A model generated the notes under the pieces. That model did not search any database. It had not been told where the DNA came from and saw only the letters and a program-made list of their open reading frames with translations. 51,860 nt of DNA from a virus. Of the stretch, positions 35,694-42,875 are shown piece by piece (the stretch's first letter is position 1; each line of letters opens with the position of its first letter). The translations under genes and the position numbers were made by a program. The stretch is taken from IMG/VR virus record IMGVR_UViG_3300050132_000142, positions 1-51,860 of that record; one strand, 5' to 3'.

Positions 35694-36028
35694 AGCGTAG
35701 TCCTGTTCGCAAGGTACGTCCTGGTTTGCGCCGTGGTGAACTGACCAAAGCGGAGAAGGAAGCCGAGCGCAACCGCGTGTACGAACGATGCGGGGGCAGG
35801 TGTGAACTGCGCGGGGAAGATGGACAGCCGCTAGATCCAGGCCATATCGAAGGTGTGCTTCCCCCCACAGGCAATTCTCCATGGGACCACTGGCATCTTG
35901 TCCATCTTCATCACAAGAGGCCAGCATTCTGGTCAGAAGCTCAAGGAAACGTGCTTCTAGGAGGCTGTCCGGCTTGCCATTTGATCGGGATGCACCAGCA
36001 CGGACTCAAGCCTGTTCTTCCCCGGTAG
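35690..36028 (+). CDS. Putative HNH-type nuclease (112 aa)
   Basis: GTG start overlapping the previous stop. RCGGRCE...HWHLVHLHHKR...NVLLGGCPACH. Confidence 0.45.
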   Translation: MKRSPVRKVRPGLRRGELTKAEKEAERNRVYERCGGRCELRGEDGQPLDPGHIEGVLPPTGNSPWDHWHLVHLHHKRPAFWSEAQGNVLLGGCPACHLIGMHQHGLKPVLPR

Positions 36029-36329
36029 GCTCTAATTCCCAGTTCCTCCATATTTCGTGAACCTGTCCTGATGTTCCGTCCTTCCTGATTATTGCTCCGT
36101 AAGGCTTGAATCCTTGTTTGCTCCAATCCTCGTTTTTAATGTCGGTTATTAGGTATAAATGTTCCATTGTTCGGACGATTGATCCGATTCGCACACCCAC
36201 CAATTCTGCCTTGGCCTTAGCGTAGGCATTTTCTGCCACTTCTTGCGCCTTACGAGCTTCAAACGTAACAATTCTCGCGTTGTCCATCGCTTCTTTCAAT
36301 GATTCAAGAGATTCTGACATTTGTTTCAT
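36006..36329 (-). CDS. Hypothetical protein (107 aa)
   Basis: SD gaaagg upstream. The 3' end overlaps the convergent gene by 23 nt. Confidence 0.6.
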   Translation of the reverse strand: MKQMSESLESLKEAMDNARIVTFEARKAQEVAENAYAKAKAELVGVRIGSIVRTMEHLYLITDIKNEDWSKQGFKPYGAIIRKDGTSGQVHEIWRNWELEPTGEEQA

Positions 36330-36349
36330 CCTTTCTTCGGTTGTTGTTC

Positions 36350-36368
36350 TACTGCGAGAATCGCACCT
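36350..36368. promoter_or_regulatory. Palindrome TACTGCGA-GAA-TCGCACCT (same motif family)
   Basis: Intergenic, about 20 nt upstream of minus-strand ATG 36329. Confidence 0.4.
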
Positions 36369-36379
36369 AATAAACGCCC

Positions 36380-36553
36380 CTAGGCGCTCTCCCTGAGATT
36401 GCGACGGTAAATCATACCAGTTCCATCCCGCCGTGCTCCCTGTGCGAACTTGACGGGCACCAGCATAGACTCTGAGAGCCAGTCATTCTCGGTTACGGCC
36501 AGACGCTCTCTGTAGCGGTCTGACTGAGGATTCGTTACGGTTACGTAAATCAT
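36380..36553 (-). CDS. Small hypothetical ORF (57 aa), not in the supplied track
   Basis: Hand translation MIYVTVTNPQSDRYRERLAVTENDWLSESMLVPVKFAQGARRDGTGMIYRRNLRESA. ATGA overlap with the upstream gene. Confidence 0.4.
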   Translation of the reverse strand: MIYVTVTNPQSDRYRERLAVTENDWLSESMLVPVKFAQGARRDGTGMIYRRNLRESA

Positions 36554-36996
36554 ATCCAGGCCCCGTCTTTCATGATGATCTTAACCTTTCCGTGAAGATG
36601 CGCGGATTCTTTGCGTTCTTTTGATTGGACGCTAAGTTTCATCGTTGCCTTTGCTGTCTTGTTCGCGCCCCTCTTTGAGAAACCTTTCTTCTTCAAAGCG
36701 TCTGCAATCTTGTTTTTCCATTGTAAATTTTCTTTCATCATCACTCCATCCTCGTAGCGTTTTTGTTCGGTAATCATCCCGGCGCGTGAGCTTATCGGGA
36801 GTAACGCTCCATTAGACAAACTTCTGGCTTGAGAAAAAATAGGCCAGATTCGCTCAATCCAGATGGAGTCTCTTGGTCCCGTTCGGCTGAGTTCGTCACA
36901 CCTCAGTAGGTAGAGATCGCTCTTTGGCGAGCGTTGCTCAGTCCCTCTGCTACCGAAAACGGTTCCATGCAGGAAGAGAGCGTCGCCGCCCTCCAC
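36550..36996 (-). CDS. Hypothetical protein. Start uncertain (GTG 36996 or ATG 36777).
   Basis: Track ORF. The C-terminal Lys-rich part is well packed in the operon. The N-terminal part overlaps ORF 36950-37327. Confidence 0.4.
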   Translation of the reverse strand: MEGGDALFLHGTVFGSRGTEQRSPKSDLYLLRCDELSRTGPRDSIWIERIWPIFSQARSLSNGALLPISSRAGMITEQKRYEDGVMMKENLQWKNKIADALKKKGFSKRGANKTAKATMKLSVQSKERKESAHLHGKVKIIMKDGAWI

Positions 36997-37327
36997 ACAC
37001 AGGGCAAGCCACGGCGAATAGATCGATGCTTACAGCATGGAAAACTCTACTCGTACCCTCTACATCAGGATCACTCAGTGAGATTTCACAATTGGCATCG
37101 GCCCCTACGCTAGATTTCTCTTGGAACCCTCTTGATCCACGCATCTGATATACAGCGGTCCAGGCGCAAGAATTTGGAAGCCTTGACGTGGTGCAACGAA
37201 TTGTCGAGGAATTCACCATAATCTTGAATCTAGACAGTTGCATCGTAGCATAAACTTGTGAGACAATCAAATTGCGGGGGACGCCGATACCTCGTTTCCA
37301 TTGCTTGGGTCTAGACAACTTCCGCAA
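36950..37327 (-). CDS. Hypothetical ORF (125 aa from TTG; ATG at about 37243)
   Basis: Track ORF. Fills the gap between the pentapeptide gene and 36996. Could form one frameshifted gene with 36550-36996. Confidence 0.3.
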   Translation of the reverse strand: MRKLSRPKQWKRGIGVPRNLIVSQVYATMQLSRFKIMVNSSTIRCTTSRLPNSCAWTAVYQMRGSRGFQEKSSVGADANCEISLSDPDVEGTSRVFHAVSIDLFAVACPVCGGRRRSLPAWNRFR

Positions 37328-37461
37328 TGGCTACCCCGCAAAGTGTTCCATGTCGTTCCTCCTCCGGTAGCGCAGAACGCCGTCAGTCATTCGATTGGCG
37401 GCGTTCCTGTTTGTGGTGGGAGTGGTGATGCGGACGTGGAGCGAGGAGTTGTGTTGCAGAG

Positions 37462-38061
37462 TTAAAGTTCGTAGTTCTCGGCCTCTATTTTTGTCAGGGA
37501 AAAGTGGATTCCATGGGAGCAAACATTCCAACGATCCTCATCAAACGAGTCTGCCTTTACGGTTTCTCCCTTCCTATAGATTACCGTTTCGTCGTTTGAT
37601 GAGATTCCCTCGTCTTCTCCAAGAACATCCAATACAACCACATGATCTGCGCGGCATTTGCGCGTTGCTCCATGGCTACGTTTTGCATCGGAGGGAATTA
37701 GCAAATGCACAACTACCTTATTTCTACAAATTTTCCACCCTTCAAATGATCCTGTTTCCGGGATAAATTGAATTTGGGCCAATGCCTTTTCAGAATTTTT
37801 GGCATCGCTCAGGTCGGCACCGCGCAGGTCGGCACCGCGCAGGTCGGCATCGCTCAGGTCGGCACCGCTCAGGTCGGCATCGCGCAGGTCGGCATCGCTC
37901 AGGTCGGCACCGCTCAGGTCGGCACCGCGCAGGTCGGCACCGCGCAGGTCGGCACCGCGCAGGGATTTTTTAGCTGCAATAGCAGCTACTACCAAATTCG
38001 ATAGTGTCTTTGCACTTTCTAGTGCAAAAATTACATTTCCAAAAATGTTCTTGATTTCCAT
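37462..38061 (-). CDS. Pentapeptide-repeat protein with a DUF5758-like C-terminal domain (199 aa)
   Basis: ATG 38061 with ggagg upstream. Repeat tract [55 protein letters not shown]-terminus ...[27 protein letters not shown]...[17 protein letters not shown]. Confidence 0.85.
   Translation of the reverse strand: MEIKNIFGNVIFALESAKTLSNLVVAAIAAKKSLRGADLRGADLRGADLSGADLSDADLRDADLSGADLSDADLRGADLRGADLSDAKNSEKALAQIQFIPETGSFEGWKICRNKVVVHLLIPSDAKRSHGATRKCRADHVVVLDVLGEDEGISSNDETVIYRKGETVKADSFDEDRWNVCSHGIHFSLTKIEAENYEL
37801..37965. repeat. Eleven tandem 15-bp units GGCAYCGCKCAGGTC (coding repeat of the pentapeptide gene)
   Basis: Counted in sequence. Variation occurs at only two positions per unit. 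Confidence 0.95.
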
Positions 38062-38092
38062 TACTTCCTCCGATTCATGGTTATTTTCCTTC

Positions 38093-38263
38093 CTATTTGT
38101 TCTGCATATTGTCAATTTCGGTACAGGGAATAGAGTATTTCCCCCCACGGACGGCTCGAAACGCTTTCAGTTGTCCGCATTTGATCCAGTGGAGTACGGT
38201 CCATGTCCCACAATGGAGCATATCGGCCACATCTTTGACTGAGTAGTATTTTTGTTCTGCCAT
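38093..38263 (-). CDS. Excisionase/MerR-type HTH DNA-binding protein (56 aa)
   Basis: [45 protein letters not shown] coupling with the upstream gene. Confidence 0.65.
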   Translation of the reverse strand: MAEQKYYSVKDVADMLHCGTWTVLHWIKCGQLKAFRAVRGGKYSIPCTEIDNMQNK

Positions 38264-38583
38264 TAGAAGATCCTCCAAGCGTCGATCATCGGCGCAAAAT
38301 ATTTGACAATGCCTACGCAAGCGATGAGAGCAAATAAAACCATCCCCCAGAATAAGAGTTTCGGCCCATTGCGCTGCTCGTTGTAGGTAAGCGGTTCCAT
38401 GTCCTGCCACGGATTTGGTTTGGAGGGCATGTCCTCGCGGATGATACCCATACAAAGCATCTCATTGCGCCCCTTGAGCATTTCCGCTCGTGCGATTGCC
38501 TGTTGCGCCTCATACACTAGCCGGTCCATGGGTACTCCTGCGTTGTCAGTTTGCTGCGTCATTTTTGCTCTGGTGCGGTGCAT
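38263..38583 (-). CDS. Membrane protein with a C-terminal TM segment (106 aa)
   Basis: TM segment LLFWGMVLFALIACVGIV. Confidence 0.5.
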   Translation of the reverse strand: MHRTRAKMTQQTDNAGVPMDRLVYEAQQAIARAEMLKGRNEMLCMGIIREDMPSKPNPWQDMEPLTYNEQRNGPKLLFWGMVLFALIACVGIVKYFAPMIDAWRIF

Positions 38584-38756
38584 AGTCCTCCTCCGTTGCT
38601 AGCTTGTACTTCCCTGAATACGCTGAGTGTTTTGTTGAGTTCTGCCAGTTGAGCTGCGATCTCTCGTAAAAAATACGTTTCTGTTACCCATTCAGTTTGC
38701 CCATTGAGACGATTCTCTACTGATATTGGCCTTTTCCTGATTTCTTCAGCCTTCAT
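38559..38756 (-). CDS. Hypothetical protein (65 aa)
   Basis: Track ORF in the minus-strand operon. Confidence 0.45.
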   Translation of the reverse strand: MKAEEIRKRPISVENRLNGQTEWVTETYFLREIAAQLAELNKTLSVFREVQASNGGGLCTAPEQK

Positions 38757-38839
38757 TTGTGTCCTCGTTTTGTCTTTGGTGGTTGCGGTTTACGGATGCG
38801 CTGTGCGGGTATCCATTTCACGGTTTTCGCCTCCTAGCG

Positions 38840-39031
38840 CTAGTCCTGCCACTTTTCGTGGTTGAGCTCGTCCTGCTTGGCCTGAGACATTTCCGGACCA
38901 TATTTAGCCCGCAACTCTTTCGCGTCCCGACGCTCACGCTCGGCCTCATCCATCCTGCGCCAGTGTTGCGTGAGCAACACGATTGCGATAATGCCGCCGA
39001 CGATTGCGCCGATTGCCATGATTTCGTCCAT
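38840..39031 (-). CDS. Small membrane protein (63 aa)
   Basis: N-terminal TM IMAIGAIVGGIIAIVLL followed by a charged tail. Confidence 0.5.
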   Translation of the reverse strand: MDEIMAIGAIVGGIIAIVLLTQHWRRMDEAERERRDAKELRAKYGPEMSQAKQDELNHEKWQD

Positions 39032-39079
39032 CGTGTCTCCTGTCAGTGCCCGCGCTCTGCGGGATGGTTAGGCGTTCAA

Positions 39080-39283
39080 TTAACCAAAAAGATGCTCAAT
39101 GTCCAGTTTGCTGCATGTTTTTCTCGCTGACCGCTTGCGGATGGTGTAGCCAGCGCGGTGCAAATCGGATTTAAGCGAGTTGAGCTGAGTGGAGAACACC
39201 TTGGCAGTCCCTTCTGTCATCTCCATTATTTGCCCCATTGCTTTTTCTCCAGCGGGGCTCTCAGGAAGGATCAGCGCGAACAT
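39080..39283 (-). CDS. Hypothetical protein (67 aa from ATG 39283)
   Basis: Internal ATG of track ORF 39080-39502, downstream of the 39336 gene. Confidence 0.4.
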   Translation of the reverse strand: MFALILPESPAGEKAMGQIMEMTEGTAKVFSTQLNSLKSDLHRAGYTIRKRSARKTCSKLDIEHLFG

Positions 39284-39335
39284 CCCGTCAATCCGACTGG
39301 TTAAATCGCTTACGGCAAGGACCGCGCGGTTGAGG

Positions 39336-39551
39336 TTAAACAGACGCCAGTTCGAGCAGCGCCATCCATTCCTGATCGGGGATCGGGCACCTAATCGAGT
39401 CGCCGTTATCGTCGTAACCCTGCACGTCGCCATAGTTGGAGGTGAATTCAACGTCATATCCGCGCTCTGTAGCGAGTTTGACCATTTTGCGCACTTGGTC
39501 ATTGGTATCGAGTCCGCTGTTTTCGTAGTTGATTTTGTAGGTCATGTCCAT
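39336..39551 (-). CDS. Hypothetical acidic protein (71 aa)
   Basis: SD gaggagg upstream of ATG 39551. Confidence 0.55.
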   Translation of the reverse strand: MDMTYKINYENSGLDTNDQVRKMVKLATERGYDVEFTSNYGDVQGYDDNGDSIRCPIPDQEWMALLELASV

Positions 39552-39580
39552 TTCCTCCTCAACAACAAATACAGAATATC

Positions 39581-39608
39581 ACAAAACAACACAAAACAAC
39601 ACAAAACC
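39581..39608. repeat. Tandem 10-bp repeat ACAAAACAAC, about 2.8 copies
   Basis: Read in sequence, in the 111-nt gap between two minus-strand genes. Confidence 0.8.
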
Positions 39609-39662
39609 ATGCAGATGTGTGTTCTATAGCACAATTAATTCGCCTATTATTCTCCTTCCTCG

Positions 39663-39860
39663 TCAAATAGAGCGCAAATGAGTGCTAAGCAATCTCTCGA
39701 TGCTCGCCGCGCTCACACGATACCTGCTATTACGCCCTAATCCAAGCTGCTGCCCCTCCAAACGACCACCCTTAAGCATTGACAACACCGTCTTGGGATG
39801 TACCTTAAGATACTTAGCCGTCTCCGCTACTGTCATATAGTCACTGTCAAGCTGCTGCAT
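39663..39860 (-). CDS. Excisionase/MerR-type HTH DNA-binding protein (65 aa), first gene of the leftward block
   Basis: YMTVAETAKYLKVHPKTVLSMLKGGRLEGQQLG..RYRV. Confidence 0.65.
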   Translation of the reverse strand: MQQLDSDYMTVAETAKYLKVHPKTVLSMLKGGRLEGQQLGLGRNSRYRVSAASIERLLSTHLRSI

Positions 39861-40140
39861 TGTGTCACCTCAGCATTAGTATATTCCACTCACGCCTACC
39901 CACTCACGTCTATATATTGATACAATTTTGCATTTATGCTCAATTTGATGCGCCTCACATAGTCCCCACGTCACACGAACAATGTGATCTGTGTCACATA
40001 ACGCCAGACTCGGCTATATATAAGGATAGGGGTAATCTCCGATGGAGATGGTTCTAGTCACCAATGGAGACGGGTTTAGTTTACGTTTGCTACAGTATTT
40101 GTAGCAGTTGTAAACGGTTTCATATACAATGTAAACGGGG
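39861..40140. promoter_or_regulatory. Repeat-rich non-coding region (divergent promoters and/or origin-like iterons)
   Basis: CCACTCACG twice (39886, 39900). TGTGTCAC twice (39861, 39990). ATGGAGAYGG twice (40042, 40064). GTAAACGG twice (40110, 40131). Imperfect palindrome GTTTACGTTTGCTAC...GTAGCAGTTGTAAAC (40079-40115). Confidence 0.5.
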
Positions 40141-40146
40141 GTGAAT

Positions 40147-40332
40147 ATGGCAGTTGTATGGGTTGAGTGTTGGAAGTGCGAGCTATGCGGTTGCCTGGGC
40201 CTGTTCCGACCCGGCTTGTCCATGCTGCGGAAAGGAGGGGAAATAGGTTGTCCTAGGAGGGTGGGGTGGGACGACATCGACGCTTCAGAGACACAAATTG
40301 GCGTCATAAAAATTAAGATAAAGATAAAATAA
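40147..40332 (+). CDS. Degenerate zinc-ribbon mini-protein (61 aa), paralogue of 40386
   Basis: WKCELCG...GCPRRVGW compared with CNQCG...QCPRCKRIDW in the next ORF. Ends in IKIKIKIK, encoded by an A-rich tract. Confidence 0.35.
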   Translation: MAVVWVECWKCELCGCLGLFRPGLSMLRKGGEIGCPRRVGWDDIDASETQIGVIKIKIKIK

Positions 40333-40385
40333 TAATAAACAAAAAATGAAAAAAGTGGTACTATTGAGTAGTGAGGTAATAATAA

Positions 40386-40604
40386 ATGCCACATTGCAAC
40401 CAATGCGGGTCTGATTGGAAGAGTAGGACTGCAAGTCCAGTACAATGCCCGAGATGTAAGAGGATAGACTGGTCGGAGCCGAACAAGAAAAAGGCGGGGG
40501 TAGCTCAAGTAACAGAGCATCAAACTTGTAGTGCGCAGGTTTCCGGTTCGATTCCGAACTCCCGCTCCACCAAATATTTGACTACAGGTTTAGTAAAGAA
40601 TTGA
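40386..40604 (+). CDS. Zinc-ribbon mini-protein. The ORF runs on through the tRNA-like element.
   Basis: SD gagg upstream. MPHCNQCGSDWKSRTASPVQCPRCKRIDW. There is no stop until 40604, so the last 37 codons are tRNA-like DNA and downstream sequence. Confidence 0.5.
   Translation: MPHCNQCGSDWKSRTASPVQCPRCKRIDWSEPNKKKAGVAQVTEHQTCSAQVSGSIPNSRSTKYLTTGLVKN
40494..40569 (+). tRNA. tRNA-like element of 76 nt with encoded CCA, probably a pseudo- or atypical tRNA (loop CTTGTAG would give a UGU Thr-type anticodon)
   Basis: Acceptor stem GCGGGGG/CTCCCGC (7 bp, 1 G-T). D stem GCTC/GAGC. T arm TCCGG-TTCGATT-CCGAA. However, the anticodon stem TCAAA/TGCGC pairs at only 2 of 5 positions, and the D loop lacks GG. 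Confidence 0.5.
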
Positions 40605-40611
40605 GGAAAAA

Positions 40612-40737
40612 ATGACAAAGTTGGAGAGTAGGCAAGATTTCATTGATGGATTCATGTTGAAGTATAGGAAGACGTTGATGTCGATGAAGTTTGTACGGTG
40701 GGAGTGTGAGAAGGTGATGAATGGGAACAGGATTTGA
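40612..40737 (+). CDS. Small hypothetical ORF (41 aa), not in the track
   Basis: Hand translation MTKLESRQDFIDGFMLKYRKTLMSMKFVRWECEKVMNGNRI. Confidence 0.3.
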   Translation: MTKLESRQDFIDGFMLKYRKTLMSMKFVRWECEKVMNGNRI

Positions 40738-40927
40738 ACGACGGTACGCTGGACTCCATCGGAACGAAGCTCAGTCAGAGGCAATTAGGTTGATGCAGAG
40801 GTCGTTGTCTACGGGGAAGTGGGACGATCTTCCTGAGAGGTTGATTGCGCTGAGGCGAGTGATGAGCTACGCACCAGCTCCAGAAGTTAATCCGAAGGAG
40901 AAGGATGAAGAAGAAACAGGTCGGTGA
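40721..40927 (+). CDS. Hypothetical protein (68 aa)
   Basis: Track ORF in the plus-strand block. Confidence 0.45.
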   Translation: MGTGFERRYAGLHRNEAQSEAIRLMQRSLSTGKWDDLPERLIALRRVMSYAPAPEVNPKEKDEEETGR

Positions 40928-41129
40928 TCCAAAGCGAAACTATGCCAGTGAGTGGAAGGAATGGCGCGGACAGAGGGGATGGACTCAGAAGCAGATGGCA
41001 TTGACACTGGATATGTGTAGGAGAGCCATCGTTTACATCGAAAAAGGTAAACACCGTCCATGTGTTTCTTCACGTATTAAATTCAACGAGTTGCAGAAAA
41101 AGTATCAGGAGGAAAATCGTGGAAAATGA
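40905..41129 (+). CDS. XRE-type HTH protein (74 aa)
   Basis: WRGQRGWTQKQMALTLDMCRRAIVYIEKGKHRP. Confidence 0.6.
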   Translation: MKKKQVGDPKRNYASEWKEWRGQRGWTQKQMALTLDMCRRAIVYIEKGKHRPCVSSRIKFNELQKKYQEENRGK

Positions 41130-41133
41130 AACA

Positions 41134-41586
41134 ATGACCACACCGCAGCCATTAACGGGCGAAGAGATTCGCAAGGGAATTGCAGCTAGGATTGCGGCTA
41201 GTGTTCCTCCAGAACACTTTGAGAATATCAAGGAAATCATCTACGATGGACTTGGTAAGACGTGCTCTCTTGAGTCGAGTACCTGCTACTCGAAGTTCAA
41301 GGCTGACTGGAAAACAGGATTGAATGATGACGAATCCGAATTCCTATGGTGGGTGAATTACGAACTAGACGACTTTGGACGAATCTCAAGGGGTGGTATC
41401 GGATATTGGAATGGTACTTCGATCACAGAGTTAATATCAGGGAAAATTGACGAGTGTCCACCCGACAAGTTCAGACGTGAAACCGATCAGCCCATTCCAA
41501 AATCAGTGGAGTTGAAGAAGCAGGAAGACCAGCAGGGTACGTTTATGAGGGTTGCTCGGAATTCCATGCCGAGGAGAAACGTATGA
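41134..41586 (+). CDS. Hypothetical protein (150 aa)
   Basis: ATG 41134, in frame with track ORF 41062-41586. Confidence 0.55.
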   Translation: MTTPQPLTGEEIRKGIAARIAASVPPEHFENIKEIIYDGLGKTCSLESSTCYSKFKADWKTGLNDDESEFLWWVNYELDDFGRISRGGIGYWNGTSITELISGKIDECPPDKFRRETDQPIPKSVELKKQEDQQGTFMRVARNSMPRRNV

Positions 41587-41807
41587 CCGCTATTCAGATT
41601 AACCGTCTTCTCGACATCATAGATCGTGCCGTAACCGTAGCAGAACGCTGGGCAGACAGGGAGTATCCTAAACCAGATGAAAACGCCGAAATCACCATCT
41701 CAAGGGTTGGAGATCGAGAACTTCCCCAAAGCCCAGAAGAGTACGAAAAGTTCGATCCACCACAACCAAGCGCATTTGAAAAAAGGCTCCGTGGCATTAA
41801 GCCGTAG
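41583..41807 (+). CDS. Hypothetical protein (74 aa)
   Basis: ATGA coupling. Confidence 0.5.
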   Translation: MTAIQINRLLDIIDRAVTVAERWADREYPKPDENAEITISRVGDRELPQSPEEYEKFDPPQPSAFEKRLRGIKP

Positions 41808-41826
41808 CAAGACAATATCATCAGTG

Positions 41827-42420
41827 ATGCTTCGCCTTGACATTGATCCTGAAACTGTTGATCTCATGCCCACTGAACCGGCTGAAATACTCACTCGCTG
41901 TCTTGGAACTGGGAATTCGTTCCCTCGAAAGAAGGTTCTGTCTTATGCCGCAGCATCTCCCATGCCTATATGCATTAAATTCATGGATGCTATAAGAACA
42001 GTAGGGAAGGCTGACTTGGAGAAGCTGCCATTCGAGGCAATGTGCGTCAAGGCAGAGGTAAGCCCCATTGAGATGCTGGGGGCTATCCTCATGTCAGCCA
42101 AGTCTCTGAAGGCAACAGAGAGTGCGCTTAAGGCAATTATAGAGCATCCAGATGTTGTCCAGGCTACAGTGGATAGCGCCAAGATCATAGGACCAGCAGG
42201 TACAGCCGACAGAAGGATTCTCCATGAGTCTTTAGGATTCTTGCCTACCAAAAAAGGAGGGGTGGAAATTAACTTTGGATTTGGTCGTCCACCGGAGGAT
42301 AGGGACGAAGAGAGTGATGCTGATGAAGCATGGGATGATGCCTTCCCTGAAATGGGAGACCAGATCAGTGAGTGGAGCTCCAATAAACATCTTTTATTGG
42401 ATGGCAAAATTGGCAAATAG
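41827..42420 (+). CDS. Hypothetical protein (197 aa), candidate small terminase subunit by position only
   Basis: ATG 41827 within track ORF 41677-42420. Located upstream of the large terminase. Acidic C-terminus. Confidence 0.3.
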   Translation: MLRLDIDPETVDLMPTEPAEILTRCLGTGNSFPRKKVLSYAAASPMPICIKFMDAIRTVGKADLEKLPFEAMCVKAEVSPIEMLGAILMSAKSLKATESALKAIIEHPDVVQATVDSAKIIGPAGTADRRILHESLGFLPTKKGGVEINFGFGRPPEDRDEESDADEAWDDAFPEMGDQISEWSSNKHLLLDGKIGK

Positions 42421-42486
42421 AATGTATTATATAGGGGTCAGGTGCTTTCAACACCGGATAAATCCTCATCGCTTAGGAGAGCGACT

Positions 42487-42669
42487 ATGCCCCCCTCAAA
42501 TCAGAATATACCATACGGATACTGCCAATGTGGATATGGAAAAGACATTAAGCTAGGAAGGTTCGTATCCAAAGATGATGCTGTCGCTGCTAGGATTTCC
42601 GCAGAACAAAAATATCATGGAGAGTACTCATCATCTAATAGGAATAAATTGCTTGAGGGAGGAAATTGA
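42487..42669 (+). CDS. AP2-like DNA-binding domain mini-protein (60 aa), probably a homing-endonuclease remnant
   Basis: ...LGRFVSKDDAVAARISAEQKYHGEYSSSN matches the AP2 pattern (GrF.t.eeAa.ay..aa...hGefa..N). No nuclease domain is attached. Confidence 0.5.
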   Translation: MPPSNQNIPYGYCQCGYGKDIKLGRFVSKDDAVAARISAEQKYHGEYSSSNRNKLLEGGN

Positions 42670-42875
42670 GCTATCCTACTTGGTGGCCTCAAGCGCATGA
42701 GTCGTGGAATTGCCAAGAGCCTTATTCTTTCCCTATTCCTAATCACCCAGGAGAAAGAATATGGTACGCACGAGCATGGCCGTGGCCAGATCAAAATCCT
42801 TACGTGGGAGAAGGAAAAACTCGGCAAGAGAGTTTGTATTCACTAAGACTTGTGCTTCTTAAGGATTGCGAATAG

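Noticed and set aside
36550-37327. Possibility that ORFs 36950-37327 and 36550-36996 are one frameshifted gene (pseudogene or programmed frameshift)
   Set aside because: The two frames overlap by 47 nt, and a fusion would read plausibly (..SIDLFAVA / GGDALFLHGTVFGS..). However, I recognise no family to anchor an alignment and see no slippery site. Both are reported as separate low-confidence ORFs instead.
37768-38242. Three plus-strand ORFs made of repeats (AQVGT.., GRHR.., RSAP..), and a possible CRISPR-like reading of the 15-bp array
   Set aside because: They are alternative-frame or antisense translations of the pentapeptide-repeat gene. The array has contiguous 15-bp units with no spacers, so it is not a CRISPR array.
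40160-40260. Apparent frameshift in the first zinc-ribbon mini-ORF (the alternative frame gives AWACSDPACPCCGKEGK)
   Set aside because: The in-frame reading already retains a CPRR..W remnant that aligns with CPRCKRIDW of the paralogue, so no frameshift is required. It is treated as a degenerate paralogue.
40014-40523. 169-aa minus-strand ORF across the repeat-rich region and the tRNA-like element
   Set aside because: It spans AT-rich regulatory DNA, has implausible composition and no RBS, and overlaps better-supported plus-strand features.
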